Positions 21,039 through 32,000 of a DNA stretch of 40,776 nucleotides are shown in pieces. The position numbers and the translations under genes were made by a program. The notes under the pieces were generated by a model. That model worked only from the letters and a program-made list of their open reading frames with translations, did no database searches and had not been told where the DNA came from. Within the stretch, counting starts at the first letter, position 1. Every line of letters starts with the position of its first letter. This DNA comes from Myxococcota bacterium (GTDB lineage: Bacteria > Myxococcota > SpSt-1050), in contig JBMFOP010000016.1 in the NCBI GenBank assembly GCA_049969675.1, positions 1 to 40,776 on the forward strand, in the 5' to 3' direction.

Positions 21039-22385
21039 TCAATCCTCCTTTGAATTAATAGAATTTATCAATGATTTTATATTTTCGTTCTCAGGGTCTT
21101 TCTTTATTGCCCTGTTCAGGTAATCAAGAGACCGCTTCATATGCCTCTCCCTTTTATCTTTATCTTTTGAGAGCTTTGCATACTCTCTCTCAACAAGACC
21201 CATACCTATCATACCGAGCGTATTCTCCGAATCTCTCCTTAGAATCTTCTCAAACTCCTTCTCTGCATCTTTAATTTTTGATAATCCAATCAGTATCCTT
21301 CCATATTGAAATCGAGTAATATTGTCATCATCTTTTAACCTTAAATAGATTTCAAGTAGATTTGATGCCTTTTCATACTCCTTCTTTGTGTAATAGACTT
21401 CTGCAAGTATTTTATATGCACTCGCAAAGAGTGGGTCAAGCTCAATAGCCTTTTGCAGATGTACTATACCCTTCTCCTCCTTCTGGACTCCGAGATAGAT
21501 TATCCCTGAGGCATATTGAAAGTAGCTGCAGGAGCCTGCTGAACCCTCTTGAGAGTTCAATTCATATAGTGCTGTAGAATATTCACCGGTCATTGCAAGG
21601 GATAGCCCCTTAGCCAGATGAAGAGCCGTTACATCTCTGTACTTTAAGAGCAGACTCTCTGTCATCTCCCTTGCCTCGGATGGTCTATCCTCTACCATAA
21701 TCTTATCAAGTATTCGCCTGAAATCCTCTTTGATATCCTCAGGGACATCCATACACTTAAAATTTGCTATTCCCAATGCATTATTTGCGCGAATTAAATC
21801 CTGCTCCGAGAAATTCAGGGTGAGCATCTTCCTAATATTCTCCCTTGTAAGATGAAACTCACCTATATGTGATTCACAGAGGGCGAGATAAGAATACAAC
21901 GATGGAGAGTCGTTTTTGATTTCAAGTAATTTAATAAACTCCTTTCTTGCTTCTTCAAACATCTCATATTCAGTCAATATTACACCATACCTGAATCTGA
22001 CCTCAAAGTCATCTGGTTTGAGCCTGATTGACTCCTCAAAATTCTTGATTACATCTGCCTTCTTTGCCCCAAAACACAGAATCCCAAGCAATCCCTTTGC
22101 ATAATGATATAGATATCTTCTATCCTTCTCTCTATATACAGACCCCTCATAATATTTTTTTGCATCTTCACATCTATGAATTCTGGATACAAACTTGATA
22201 AATTCTTTGTGCAACTCAGTATCAGTGTAATGGGCATCAAGCTCAGATTCAAATTCCATATAAGCCCTATCAAATTTACCTGATTGAAAATACTTTTCTG
22301 AACTATCAATTATCCTCTGTCTGTTATATTCTGTTGCACAAGCCAAAAAAATGTATAATATGGATAGAATTATGAATCGGTTCAT
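21039..22385 (-). CDS. TPR-repeat lipoprotein
   Basis: Signal peptide ending FLAC; TPR motifs such as AIELDPLFASAYKILA and AIKKDPEN. Confidence 0.82.
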   Translation of the reverse strand: MNRFIILSILYIFLACATEYNRQRIIDSSEKYFQSGKFDRAYMEFESELDAHYTDTELHKEFIKFVSRIHRCEDAKKYYEGSVYREKDRRYLYHYAKGLLGILCFGAKKADVIKNFEESIRLKPDDFEVRFRYGVILTEYEMFEEARKEFIKLLEIKNDSPSLYSYLALCESHIGEFHLTRENIRKMLTLNFSEQDLIRANNALGIANFKCMDVPEDIKEDFRRILDKIMVEDRPSEAREMTESLLLKYRDVTALHLAKGLSLAMTGEYSTALYELNSQEGSAGSCSYFQYASGIIYLGVQKEEKGIVHLQKAIELDPLFASAYKILAEVYYTKKEYEKASNLLEIYLRLKDDDNITRFQYGRILIGLSKIKDAEKEFEKILRRDSENTLGMIGMGLVEREYAKLSKDKDKRERHMKRSLDYLNRAIKKDPENENIKSLINSINSKED

Positions 22386-22414
22386 ATTTGATTATCATAG
22401 GTAGTTTTTATAAT

Positions 22415-23326
22415 ATGTCAAGTTTTACCAGAGAGAAGAGAGTTGATGTAAAGGTAGGATTCTCCTGCAACAATAGGTGTATCTTCTGTGTTCAGGGTAG
22501 GAAGAGATATGATATAGGGGACTTCTCCACTCGGGAGATATTCAAAAAGCTTGAGGAGGCGAGAAAGGTCGCAGATTCCATCGTCTTTACCGGCGGAGAG
22601 ATCTCAATCAGGAAGGACTTCTTTGAGCTGGTAAGATATGCAAAGGGGCTTGGCTTTAGAATAATTCAGATTCAGACCAATGGAAGGATGTTTGCATATA
22701 AGAAATTCTGCGAGGAGGCAATAAAGGCTGGTGCCAATGAATTCTCCCCCGCCCTCCATGGACATATTTCCCAGCTCCACGACTTTCTCACAAGGTCCCG
22801 TGGCTCATTTGAACAGACTGTTTCAGCGATAAAGAATCTCAAATCACTCAATCAGTATGTCCTGACAAACTCGGTGATTACAAAGAGTAATTTCAGGCAC
22901 CTACCGGAGCTTGCATCTCTCCTCGTTAAGTTAGGGGTTGATCAGTTCCAGTTTGCATTCGTTCACCCGGTTGGGACAGCGCTTGAATTCTTTGAGAGGG
23001 TGGTGCCAAGAATGAAGATGATAGAACCATATGTAAAGAAGGGGCTTGATATAGGCATCAAGGCAAATAAGAGGGTGATGACAGAGGCAATCCCATACTG
23101 TATTATGAGGGGATACGAAGATTATATAGCCGAGAAGATAATTCCAATCACCACCATATTTGATGCAAATTTTGTGGTAAAAAATTATACAGAATTCAGA
23201 TTAAATGAAGGGAAGAAGAAGGGGCCCGAGTGCAAAAAATGCAAATATTTTGAGGTATGCGAGGGTCCCTGGAGAGAGTATCCAGAAAAGTACGGATTTG
23301 ACGAATTTGTACCTGTGAGGGATTGA
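22415..23326 (+). CDS. Radical SAM protein with C-terminal Cys cluster (HxsC-like/partial SPASM)
   Basis: CNNRCIFC, FTGGE, IQTNG, HDFLT..GSF, PYC and CKKCKYFEVC; ATG 22415 preferred over TTG 22388. Confidence 0.9.
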   Translation: MSSFTREKRVDVKVGFSCNNRCIFCVQGRKRYDIGDFSTREIFKKLEEARKVADSIVFTGGEISIRKDFFELVRYAKGLGFRIIQIQTNGRMFAYKKFCEEAIKAGANEFSPALHGHISQLHDFLTRSRGSFEQTVSAIKNLKSLNQYVLTNSVITKSNFRHLPELASLLVKLGVDQFQFAFVHPVGTALEFFERVVPRMKMIEPYVKKGLDIGIKANKRVMTEAIPYCIMRGYEDYIAEKIIPITTIFDANFVVKNYTEFRLNEGKKKGPECKKCKYFEVCEGPWREYPEKYGFDEFVPVRD

Positions 23327-23327
23327 G

Positions 23328-23786
23328 ATGGCAATATTTGTAGTTCACGAACATCATGCAAAGAATCTTCACTTTGACTTCAGACTTGCGATTGAGGGTG
23401 TCCTGAAATCCTGGGCGATACCAAAAGGTCCATCAATGAACCCATCTGATAAGAGACTCGCCATTCTTGTAGAAGACCACGACCTTGAATACGCCGACTA
23501 TGAAGGGATAATTCCAGATGGGAGTTATGGGGCTGGTGCAGTGGTAATCTGGGATAAAGGGACATTTGAGATTGTAGAGGGAAGTTTTGCAAAGAAAAGG
23601 CTTACAATCAGAATGTATGGGAAGATCTTAAAAGGGGAGTTTTCACTCTTTGCACTCAAAGGGAAAGATAAAGAATGGCTCCTGATTAAAAAGATGGATG
23701 AATTTGCTGACAGAAATTTTAAACTCAGGACATTTATCTCCGAGAGGAGGCTTGAAGTAAAAAACCCTCCCTGCAAAACTGATTAA
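23328..23786 (+). CDS. Stand-alone LigD-type 3'-phosphoesterase (PE) module
   Basis: FVVHEHHAKNLHFDFRL, LKSWAIPKGPS, RLAILVEDH..Y, YGAGAVVIWDKG. Confidence 0.92.
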   Translation: MAIFVVHEHHAKNLHFDFRLAIEGVLKSWAIPKGPSMNPSDKRLAILVEDHDLEYADYEGIIPDGSYGAGAVVIWDKGTFEIVEGSFAKKRLTIRMYGKILKGEFSLFALKGKDKEWLLIKKMDEFADRNFKLRTFISERRLEVKNPPCKTD

Positions 23787-23839
23787 AAAATTCGTTACCG
23801 TTTTTAATAAAAAATTCCTGTGATAGGTGGTGTAAGTAA

Positions 23840-26017
23840 TTATTTAATGTTGAATGGGAATTCAATGGGTATTGGTGGTCCAGAGAATTTTGGGAATGAA
23901 AAGTCAGTAACCACAGAAGATATACATGTTCCAATATATGTCCCCTTAAATTGAGCTGTCTTTATCTGAACATTCTTTGTCTTTCCATTGGGTTGAATCT
24001 CCCAGCCAATTATGAGCTTCCCTTTTATAGATGCATCTCTCTGAGCCTGTTCCGCCATACAGGTCTTAATCCTCCCTATGTTTGCCTTTACTACCTCAAG
24101 TATCTGCTCCTGTGTCAAGGTCTTCGGAAGACCGCCTGAACTCCCTTTTGAAGATTGTTCCCCTTCAAAGTCCAGAAGTGAATCTGAGCCCTTTGAGGGT
24201 CTCTTCTTGGGCGGTTCTGGTTCCTGTACCTTTGCAACCTCCTCCTTCTTCGGCCTCTTCTCCTCTTTTGGCGGAGGTGGCATCTCCTCCTCCTTCTTTA
24301 TTACTTTTTTGGGTTGTTGCCTCTCAGCCTTCTCCTCTCTCATCGCAACTCTCTGTTTCTGCGATTCTTTTTTGGTCGCAACCTCTTCTCGTTTCGGCTC
24401 ATCCGTCTTTGCAACCTCCTCCTTCTTTGGCTCTTCAGTCTTTACCACCTCCTCCTCTTTCTTCTGCAACTCCTGCTCTGGAGATACCTGTTGTTGGGGT
24501 TGAACCTGTTGAGGTTGTTGAGCCTGCTGAGTTTGTTGAATCTGTTGTGGTTGCTGTTTTGCCTGCTGTTGAACCTGTTGATCTGGAAGATTTACCTTTT
24601 CTCCCGAGAGTTTACTATAGAGCAAGTATCCAAGAACTCCACCGAGAATGAGAATTCCACCAAATACAGCGATTAAAATTGGGATTAGTTTGCTCTTCTG
24701 TGCCTTCTGTGGTGGCTGTGAATATATACCCGGATAGGCAGCGGGATACGAAGGTTGATAAGGTGTATTTACCACTACCGGCTGTTCCACAACAACCGGT
24801 GGCGTGGAAATATTCTGAGGTATTACAGGTGATGGAATTACGGGTTCTGCTGGCTTTTCAAACGGTAATACAGTAGACTCAATCGGTGGAGATATATTCA
24901 CACTCCCTTCAGATTTTGGCGAGATGGGGATATCTGTAGAAAATCCTCTATTGATAGATTCCATCTCATCCTGAACCAGAGAGGCAAGTGCCTCGCCAGC
25001 GGCAGGTTTCCAGTCAAGGGGTGCCTCTTCCTCCTTTTGAGATTTGAGCTCCTCCTCCTGTTTGGAGAGTTCATCGAGAGAAGGAAATGCAGATGAGGTG
25101 GATGGCATCTCCACTGACTCCTCCAGTTTTGGCTTGGTCTTGAACTCCTTTATAGGCGATTGCTCCTCAATACTGCTCTCCTGTGTTGGTGGAACCAGAT
25201 GAGAGAGTTCGGGGACATACATTAGAGGTTGCCATCCCGCCATTCCAGCCTTCCATACGAGAGTGGTTGAGTTTATCTCACCTCTACCCCATTTCTCTTC
25301 TACCTCGTTCATAGACAATGGGCCTACCTGCATCTGCCCGATCGCCACATACCATTCACCTCGCGACCTCGGAGCCACATAGGGTTTTTCAGGTTGTGAA
25401 TAATAATTCTGCTCAACTCCACTTCTTTGGGGACCTTCTCGCTCTATTTCATCTCCTCCGGCCATCTGTTTGAGCTGGTCCGTTGAAACAACCCTCGTTG
25501 CCTCCCTGCTGATATCCTCTTCTTCTGGAGTCTCATCGGTAGCATCCCCGAGCATGTTATTGACCTGCTGCTCTGCCTCCTCCTCTATTTCACCTGAACT
25601 CCTGTCTTCATATACAGATGTAATCCTGTCATCTGCTGCCTCGGAACTCTCCTGATGTTCGTAATCACCACTTTGTTGTTCTTCACTATAAGTACTCTCT
25701 GGACTCTCCCCCTGATTATCGGAATATCCTTCACTCCGGGAGTGTTCATTTATCAGACTCTTAAATATTCCAGCCGCCTGTTCGGCAGAGACAACCCTTG
25801 TTGAATCTTTTATTGGTTCCTCATCCTGTGCAAAAGGGGAACGCTGGACAACAGTTGCCTCATTTTGAAATGATTCGGATTCAGCAGATTGAATCTCTGG
25901 TGGTTTTACAGTAATTATATTACCACACTTTTTGCACTTTACCTTTGCACCTTTCGCCGGGATTCGGTCATCACTGATTTTGTACTGTGCATTGCAATTA
26001 TTACAGGTAAAAATCAT
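23840..26017 (-). CDS. agmX: AgmX/GltJ-like protein: MJ0042 Zn-ribbon, GYF_2, TM, Q/E/K-rich spacer, TonB-C-like AgmX/PglI domain
   Basis: CNNCNAQYKISDDRI..KVKCKKC; WYVAIGQMQVGP..TLVWKAGMAGW; TM; C-terminal C..GKLIIGWEIQPNG..C..FSFPKF..IEFPF. Confidence 0.8.
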   Translation of the reverse strand: MIFTCNNCNAQYKISDDRIPAKGAKVKCKKCGNIITVKPPEIQSAESESFQNEATVVQRSPFAQDEEPIKDSTRVVSAEQAAGIFKSLINEHSRSEGYSDNQGESPESTYSEEQQSGDYEHQESSEAADDRITSVYEDRSSGEIEEEAEQQVNNMLGDATDETPEEEDISREATRVVSTDQLKQMAGGDEIEREGPQRSGVEQNYYSQPEKPYVAPRSRGEWYVAIGQMQVGPLSMNEVEEKWGRGEINSTTLVWKAGMAGWQPLMYVPELSHLVPPTQESSIEEQSPIKEFKTKPKLEESVEMPSTSSAFPSLDELSKQEEELKSQKEEEAPLDWKPAAGEALASLVQDEMESINRGFSTDIPISPKSEGSVNISPPIESTVLPFEKPAEPVIPSPVIPQNISTPPVVVEQPVVVNTPYQPSYPAAYPGIYSQPPQKAQKSKLIPILIAVFGGILILGGVLGYLLYSKLSGEKVNLPDQQVQQQAKQQPQQIQQTQQAQQPQQVQPQQQVSPEQELQKKEEEVVKTEEPKKEEVAKTDEPKREEVATKKESQKQRVAMREEKAERQQPKKVIKKEEEMPPPPKEEKRPKKEEVAKVQEPEPPKKRPSKGSDSLLDFEGEQSSKGSSGGLPKTLTQEQILEVVKANIGRIKTCMAEQAQRDASIKGKLIIGWEIQPNGKTKNVQIKTAQFKGTYIGTCISSVVTDFSFPKFSGPPIPIEFPFNIK

Positions 26018-26083
26018 ATCAAAACTCCTGCCTTATTTATATACCAACATTGGCATAATAAATCAAATTTTTTACACATTCTC

Positions 26084-29000
26084 TCATAATGAAACACTCA
26101 ACCCCAGTTTATCTCTTAAGTCCATATATTCCTCGGACATATAATAAATGACAATCTCTCTGAGCAGTGTCCTCTGCGGGATCCTGTAGACTCTGGGAGG
26201 AATCTTTTGAATCATCTGTAGTGCAAACTCAAAGTCCTGCGTAATTGCAACGCCAGCCCTTATAGAGGACAACTCTACACCCTCTTTATAATCTTCAACC
26301 CTCGGTCTGACCTTTTCATTGTAGAATCTTGAGGCAAGTGCCTTAAAGACCAACAGATTATCGGGTGTCATCTTAGGTGCAAAGAGTCTCGCGTACTCCT
26401 GATTGAGAACCGGATTACCATCCAGCAGGGCATTGGGATTAACAACGGCAAGTATTGCATTTAGAATCGCATCCAGATGCTCGGGTGGCTTGCTGGCAAG
26501 GACAAGAAATTCCGGTCTTATAAGGGTCATCTCTCTTGCAAGCAATAGCCATATCTCCTTCTTTGACCTCTCCTTAAACATATCTTCTCCAAGTATCAGG
26601 GCTGGAGGATTGGTCGCCACAAGCCTTATCCCGGCACTACCCGGGGGACCTTTATATGCTTGAATAGACGGTATATTGAGCACACCTTTCACATATCTGA
26701 GCATTGATGCCACAAACAGCTGTGATGTATTGATATCAATATAATCTGCCTTTTTGAGACCATATGTCTCAGGTGGCACAAAGAATATCTCTGGATATTT
26801 CTTGAGAACTGCGGCAAAGATTGAAGATATAACACCTTTTGCCTGCTCGTGCAGTATGGCACCCTCCCAGAGACTCTCAGTAAGCGACCTTGCAGATACA
26901 TCTTTCAATTTTGTCCTGAGTTGTGAAATAATCCTCTCGTCCTCTGCATCTGCCTGTTTCAAAAATTTGAGGACATTACATATAATATAAACACGGTCAT
27001 ATTGTTTTGTGGCTATGTAGAGTCTCTTCAGCGCCTTACAGACCTTCACCGGATTTGTTGTTACTTTGATAAGTTGGTGATATGTCTTTATTGCCTTCTC
27101 TCTATATTTTTCCTTTGAAGAGTAAAGTTCTGCGAGCATATCAAGTACTTCAGCATTATCTTTATCAAGCCCCGCGACCACCTCATAAGCCATTATCGCT
27201 GCCTCGGGATTTCTGAGCGCCCTGTAATATAAGTCAGCGAGTGTCTTCCAGAGAATCAACCTCCTCCCCTTCTGTTCCTTGGGGGTTCTCTGAATCATAG
27301 ACCTGTATGCCTCCTCCAGTCCCTTCCAATCCCTTCTATCGGCAAGTATCTTCTCTATCTCCGCAAACGCCTGAGCATAATTTGGGTCTATATCAAGCAC
27401 CTTATTATAGTACTGTACTGCCTCATCAAGATTGGTAAGCGTCTTGCGGTTGAGTTCGGCGAGTTTGAGGTAGTAATTCTTAAGTTTCTCCTTATCCTTC
27501 TCTATCTGACAGAGTTCCTTTAAGATTGTGGATGCCTTCTGCGGTTGACGTGCATCAATATAGAGCGGGAATAATTGCTCCATTGCCTTCTGTTTTTGTT
27601 CAGACATCTTTGCACACCTCAGGGCGCCTGAATAAGAATCAATCGCCCTGAATGGATCACTTAACTTCTCTTTGCAGATTGAGCCAAGCTCCATATACAT
27701 ATCAAATCTTTCTTCCTCCGGGGCAACGACAATTAATTGTAGGTACATATCATAGACATCATCCCATTCCTCCCTCTCAGCATATATCTCTTTTAAGAGG
27801 GTAAGAATCTTTGTGTGCCTATCGTCTATGTCGTATCCCTTCTTAAGAAAACTAATTGCCTTTTCAAGATTCCCGAGCCTCCTCTCAATCTCACCAACCT
27901 GATAATAGATATCCACCAGCTCTGCATCTGAGAGAACATCTTTCTGTTTTACAATCATATTCTGATAAATTGCCGAAGCCTTATCCCACTCCTCAAGTTG
28001 AGAATAACCTATTGCAAGGCTCTCCATAACTGGTAGATAAGATGGGTCAAGGTCGTAGGCAGCCTGATAATGTCTGATCGCCTTCTGTAAATCGTTGAGT
28101 TTTTCCGCGATGTATCCAAGTCTGTAATACTGTCTGGCTACCTCCTTCTTATCCCCTGTCTTCTCCATATCCTTTACCACCACCTCAAGACAGGACTCTG
28201 CCCTCTGCCAGTTCTCCTCTCTAAAGTATATATCTGCAAGAATCTTTGCCACCGCAACATAACCAAAGTCTATCTTCAATGCCTCTTCATAGTAATGTTT
28301 TGCCTGCTCAATATCATTCTTTTCCTCTTCATAGATTTTACCAATCTCAAAGTAGAGCCTCTTCTTCTCTTCGGGGTCACTTATATATTGAGCCTCGTGT
28401 TTCATCATATCCAGATATTGGTTGAGACTCTTCTCTGAACCGTAGATTCCACGAAGCGCCCTTACTGCCTCAATATATGATGGGTCAATCTCAATCGCTT
28501 TCTTATATGATTCCTTTGCAGATTCAAGATCCAGAAGCATCTCTTCATGAATCTTCCCGAGTCTGAAGTAGATCTGCACTGCCTCTGGAGTCTGTCCTGA
28601 AGCATCCGCCTCGCGCCTGAGCATCTCAACCGCATTAAACCAGTTGCCGCTCTTTTCATATAATTCTGCAAGATTGTGAATTGCCTCCGGGTTGTTCGGG
28701 TCGTATTTTAGAACCTGCGTATAGTATGTCTCGGCGAAATCCGCCCGTTTTAGATTATCCCGCGAGACAGATGCCATCTTTAAGAGGATATCCACCTTTT
28801 CATCCGGGTCATCTGTTAGTTCGAGATGTCTTTTATAAGAATCTACCAGATATTCAAAATTCTGCTCTACCTGATAACACCTCTCAAGGCTTTTTATGGC
28901 ATTTATATCAGATGGGTCAATATCCAGAACCGCATTATAATGTTCTATTGCCTTGGTGTAATCAGATAAAATATCCTCATAAATTGTACCAGCCTTATAG

Positions 29001-32000
29001 TGTATATCAATAATTTCGGCTGGTTCTGTAAGAAACGATATCTCACTCTCATATATTCCTACCAGTTCCTCATTCATATTGAGTCTTTGATAGATATTTT
29101 CAAGAGCCTTCAGCCCTTTTATGTTCTGGGCATCTAAATCCAGAATAGATAGATATGCCTCTATCGCCTTATCATCCAGTCTTAGATTCTTCTCGTATAC
29201 CTCGCCAAGTCTCAGATAATATTCAATCTGTTCAGGCGGGGAAGAGTTATCTATCATCCTTTTGAGGCTCTGCACAAGGTCTTCATATCTCTCTGTCTTT
29301 TCATAGAACTCAATCATCTTTAGAAGTAGTTTCTTGTTGGAGCCATCTAAGATCAATGCCTTTTTCAGAATACTGGATGCCTCATCAGGGTTTGAGATAT
29401 TATTATAATAAATATCTGCTATCCTTAAATATAGTTCAATCTTCTTCTCTGTGTCATCCGAGATCTGGATCTCTCTATCTACCATATCTATCAGGTCAAG
29501 GTATCTCCCATCCTGTTCATATATCTCCTGCAGTCGGTGATATGCCTCTATATTGTTGGGATTGAGTTCTATTAACTCTTTATAATGTCTTTCTGCATCA
29601 CCCTTTTCTCCAAGCTTATTAATGGATAACTCCGCCTGTTTCCTTTTAAAGTACTCAAGGAGTTCATTATCACTTATTGAGTCTATAGCTTCTTCATAAA
29701 CCGCATATAACTCCTCAAACAACTCTGTCTTCTCTGCAAGAGATTCCACCTTTGAGAGCACCTCTCTATCCGAATAGTCCTCTTTCAGAACCCTGCACCA
29801 GGTCAAAAATGCCATCTCAATATCATCTGTCTCATTCTCATAAATCTCAGCCAGAGACCTTAAAAGCCCTTTTCTTATCTCCTTATCCTCTTCAGCCTGA
29901 ATCCTCTTCTCATATAGGGAGGGGAGTTTGGTAATCTTCCTGGAATTTCTGATTAGATTAATAAGTTTCTCAAAGACCTCAGGGTCAATGCTATTTATCT
30001 CAAATGCCTTCTCAAAATTTACAAGCGATAGCCTCTCATCGTTTAAATTCTCAAGATAGATGTTTGCCATCTCTTTGTATATCACAAACTTCTCATTCTC
30101 CTCAACCATATCAACCATAATCTGAAGAACGGGGATAAGCTCCTCATAGGCAAAGAGCGCCCTCAATATAGATGCAATCCTGTTCAACTCCTCAAGTGTA
30201 TGAGGCTCTATATCCAGCACCCTCCTGGATATCTCAATAGCCTCTTCACGTCTACCGAGCTTATTGCCAAGCAGCTCCATAAGTTCAAGCCTGTATTCCT
30301 TAAGTTTTTGTGGGTCATCCTGAAGAGGTATAAGCCTCTTAATTATAGCTGCCTCTTCAACAAATTCACCCGTTGACTGATATACCGATCTCAATAATAC
30401 AAGAAGTTTATTATTCTGCGGCTCTATAGCAAGTGCCTCATTGAGGACGAGTTTTGCACCATTGAGGTCGGAAAGATTATTTATCAATACCTCTGCCAAT
30501 CTGATTCTAAAAGGAACTGATTTTGATTTGTCAACAATTGCATCAATATACTTCCTGTATAGGGTCACCAGATCTTTATAATTCTTTGTCTCAATGTAAA
30601 ACCTCTCCAGAGCCTCAAACGCCTCATCATTTGAATTATCAGATTCAAAGACCTCTTTGAAGATCTCTATAGACTTATCCGACTCTCCCATCTTTGAACC
30701 CAAAACGCTGGCGATACGGGTCTTTATCCTGATCTTCTCTTCTTCATCCGTCTCAAGTTCAAGTGCCTTCTCCAGAATCTTCTTTAGATTACCAAAGTCC
30801 TTTAGTGTCTCATACAGCTTCTCAAGTGACCTGATAGCAAGCCTGTGGTCTGGTTTTAGTTCCAGAATACGGTTATAGCAGACTACCGCCCCCTTTGCAT
30901 CCGACAACTTCTCTTCAAGCACCTTTGCCAATCTAAAGATCAGATTTATCCTATCCTCTTCATCCTTGCTGGCCTTTATCTCTGCCTCTATTACCGATGT
31001 AAGCTTCTCCCACTCACCTTTCAGGCGATATATCCTATCCAGAGAGGCGAGTGCCATCTCATCTTCGGGATTATTTGCAAAGACCTCTTCAAAATAGGTC
31101 ATAGCCTGTTCCTGATCTTTTATCTCCTCCTCATATATCTGTCCCAACTTTCTCGCATACTCCATCCGTACTGTTTTTGATTTTGCATTTATATATATCT
31201 CCTCAAGTGTTGCAACCACCTCCTCAAAAGAACCAATTTCCCGTGCTATCTCTTCTAACTCTGAGAATATCTCAATCTGCTCTGGAAATTCCCTTAAAAG
31301 TTTTACAATTGAGAGGAACGCCATCTCAGGCTGTTGCATATCATTTCTGTATATCTCTGCCACCCTCTTCATATATTCGTATCTGACTGACTTCTCTACA
31401 TTCATTTTGGATGCCTTTTCATAGATAGATACGGCATTCTCAAAATCATTCTTGCTCAAATATATCTCAACCAGCAGAGGGACTACATCTACAATATATT
31501 TGCCCTTCCCAAATAGCTCACTTAGATGTCTGAACAGGAGGGAATTATCTCTATTGTGTTTAAGACTCTCATTGTAATATAAAAAGGCGGTCTTTACATC
31601 ATTCATCCGCTCTTCATACAGGAGTCCGAGCTCAAATTTATACTCTGAAAGCTCTGTCTCATCATTTACAATCTGAATCAACTTTGTGAGTGCATCCAGA
31701 AGCTCCTGCCATCTACCAAGCCCGGATGCAATCTCTACAATTCGTTTTAAGGCATATTCATTCTCGGCGTCCAGTTCAACAATCTGTTTTAATGTCTCAA
31801 ATCCAGTGTCAAGCCTCCCCATATTGTCAATCTGAATATCCGAGATCTCCATCAGCAGGTTAATCTTCTCCTTATTATCTTCAACATATTTCAGCCTTCT
31901 TTTTAAGACGCCGAGCAGCCCTTCTTTATCTTCAACCTCTCTATATTTAGACTCCAGAGCAGAGAGGATATCAACCATATCCATCTCAGACATATCCTCC

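Noticed and set aside
23782..23810. Terminator between the convergent PE and agmX-like genes
   Set aside because: Only an A/T-only inverted repeat (ATTAAAAA...TTTTTAAT); too weak to call.
24480..24582. CAG/CAA-rich repetitive DNA
   Set aside because: Encodes the Gln-rich spacer of the AgmX-like protein; low complexity, not an array.
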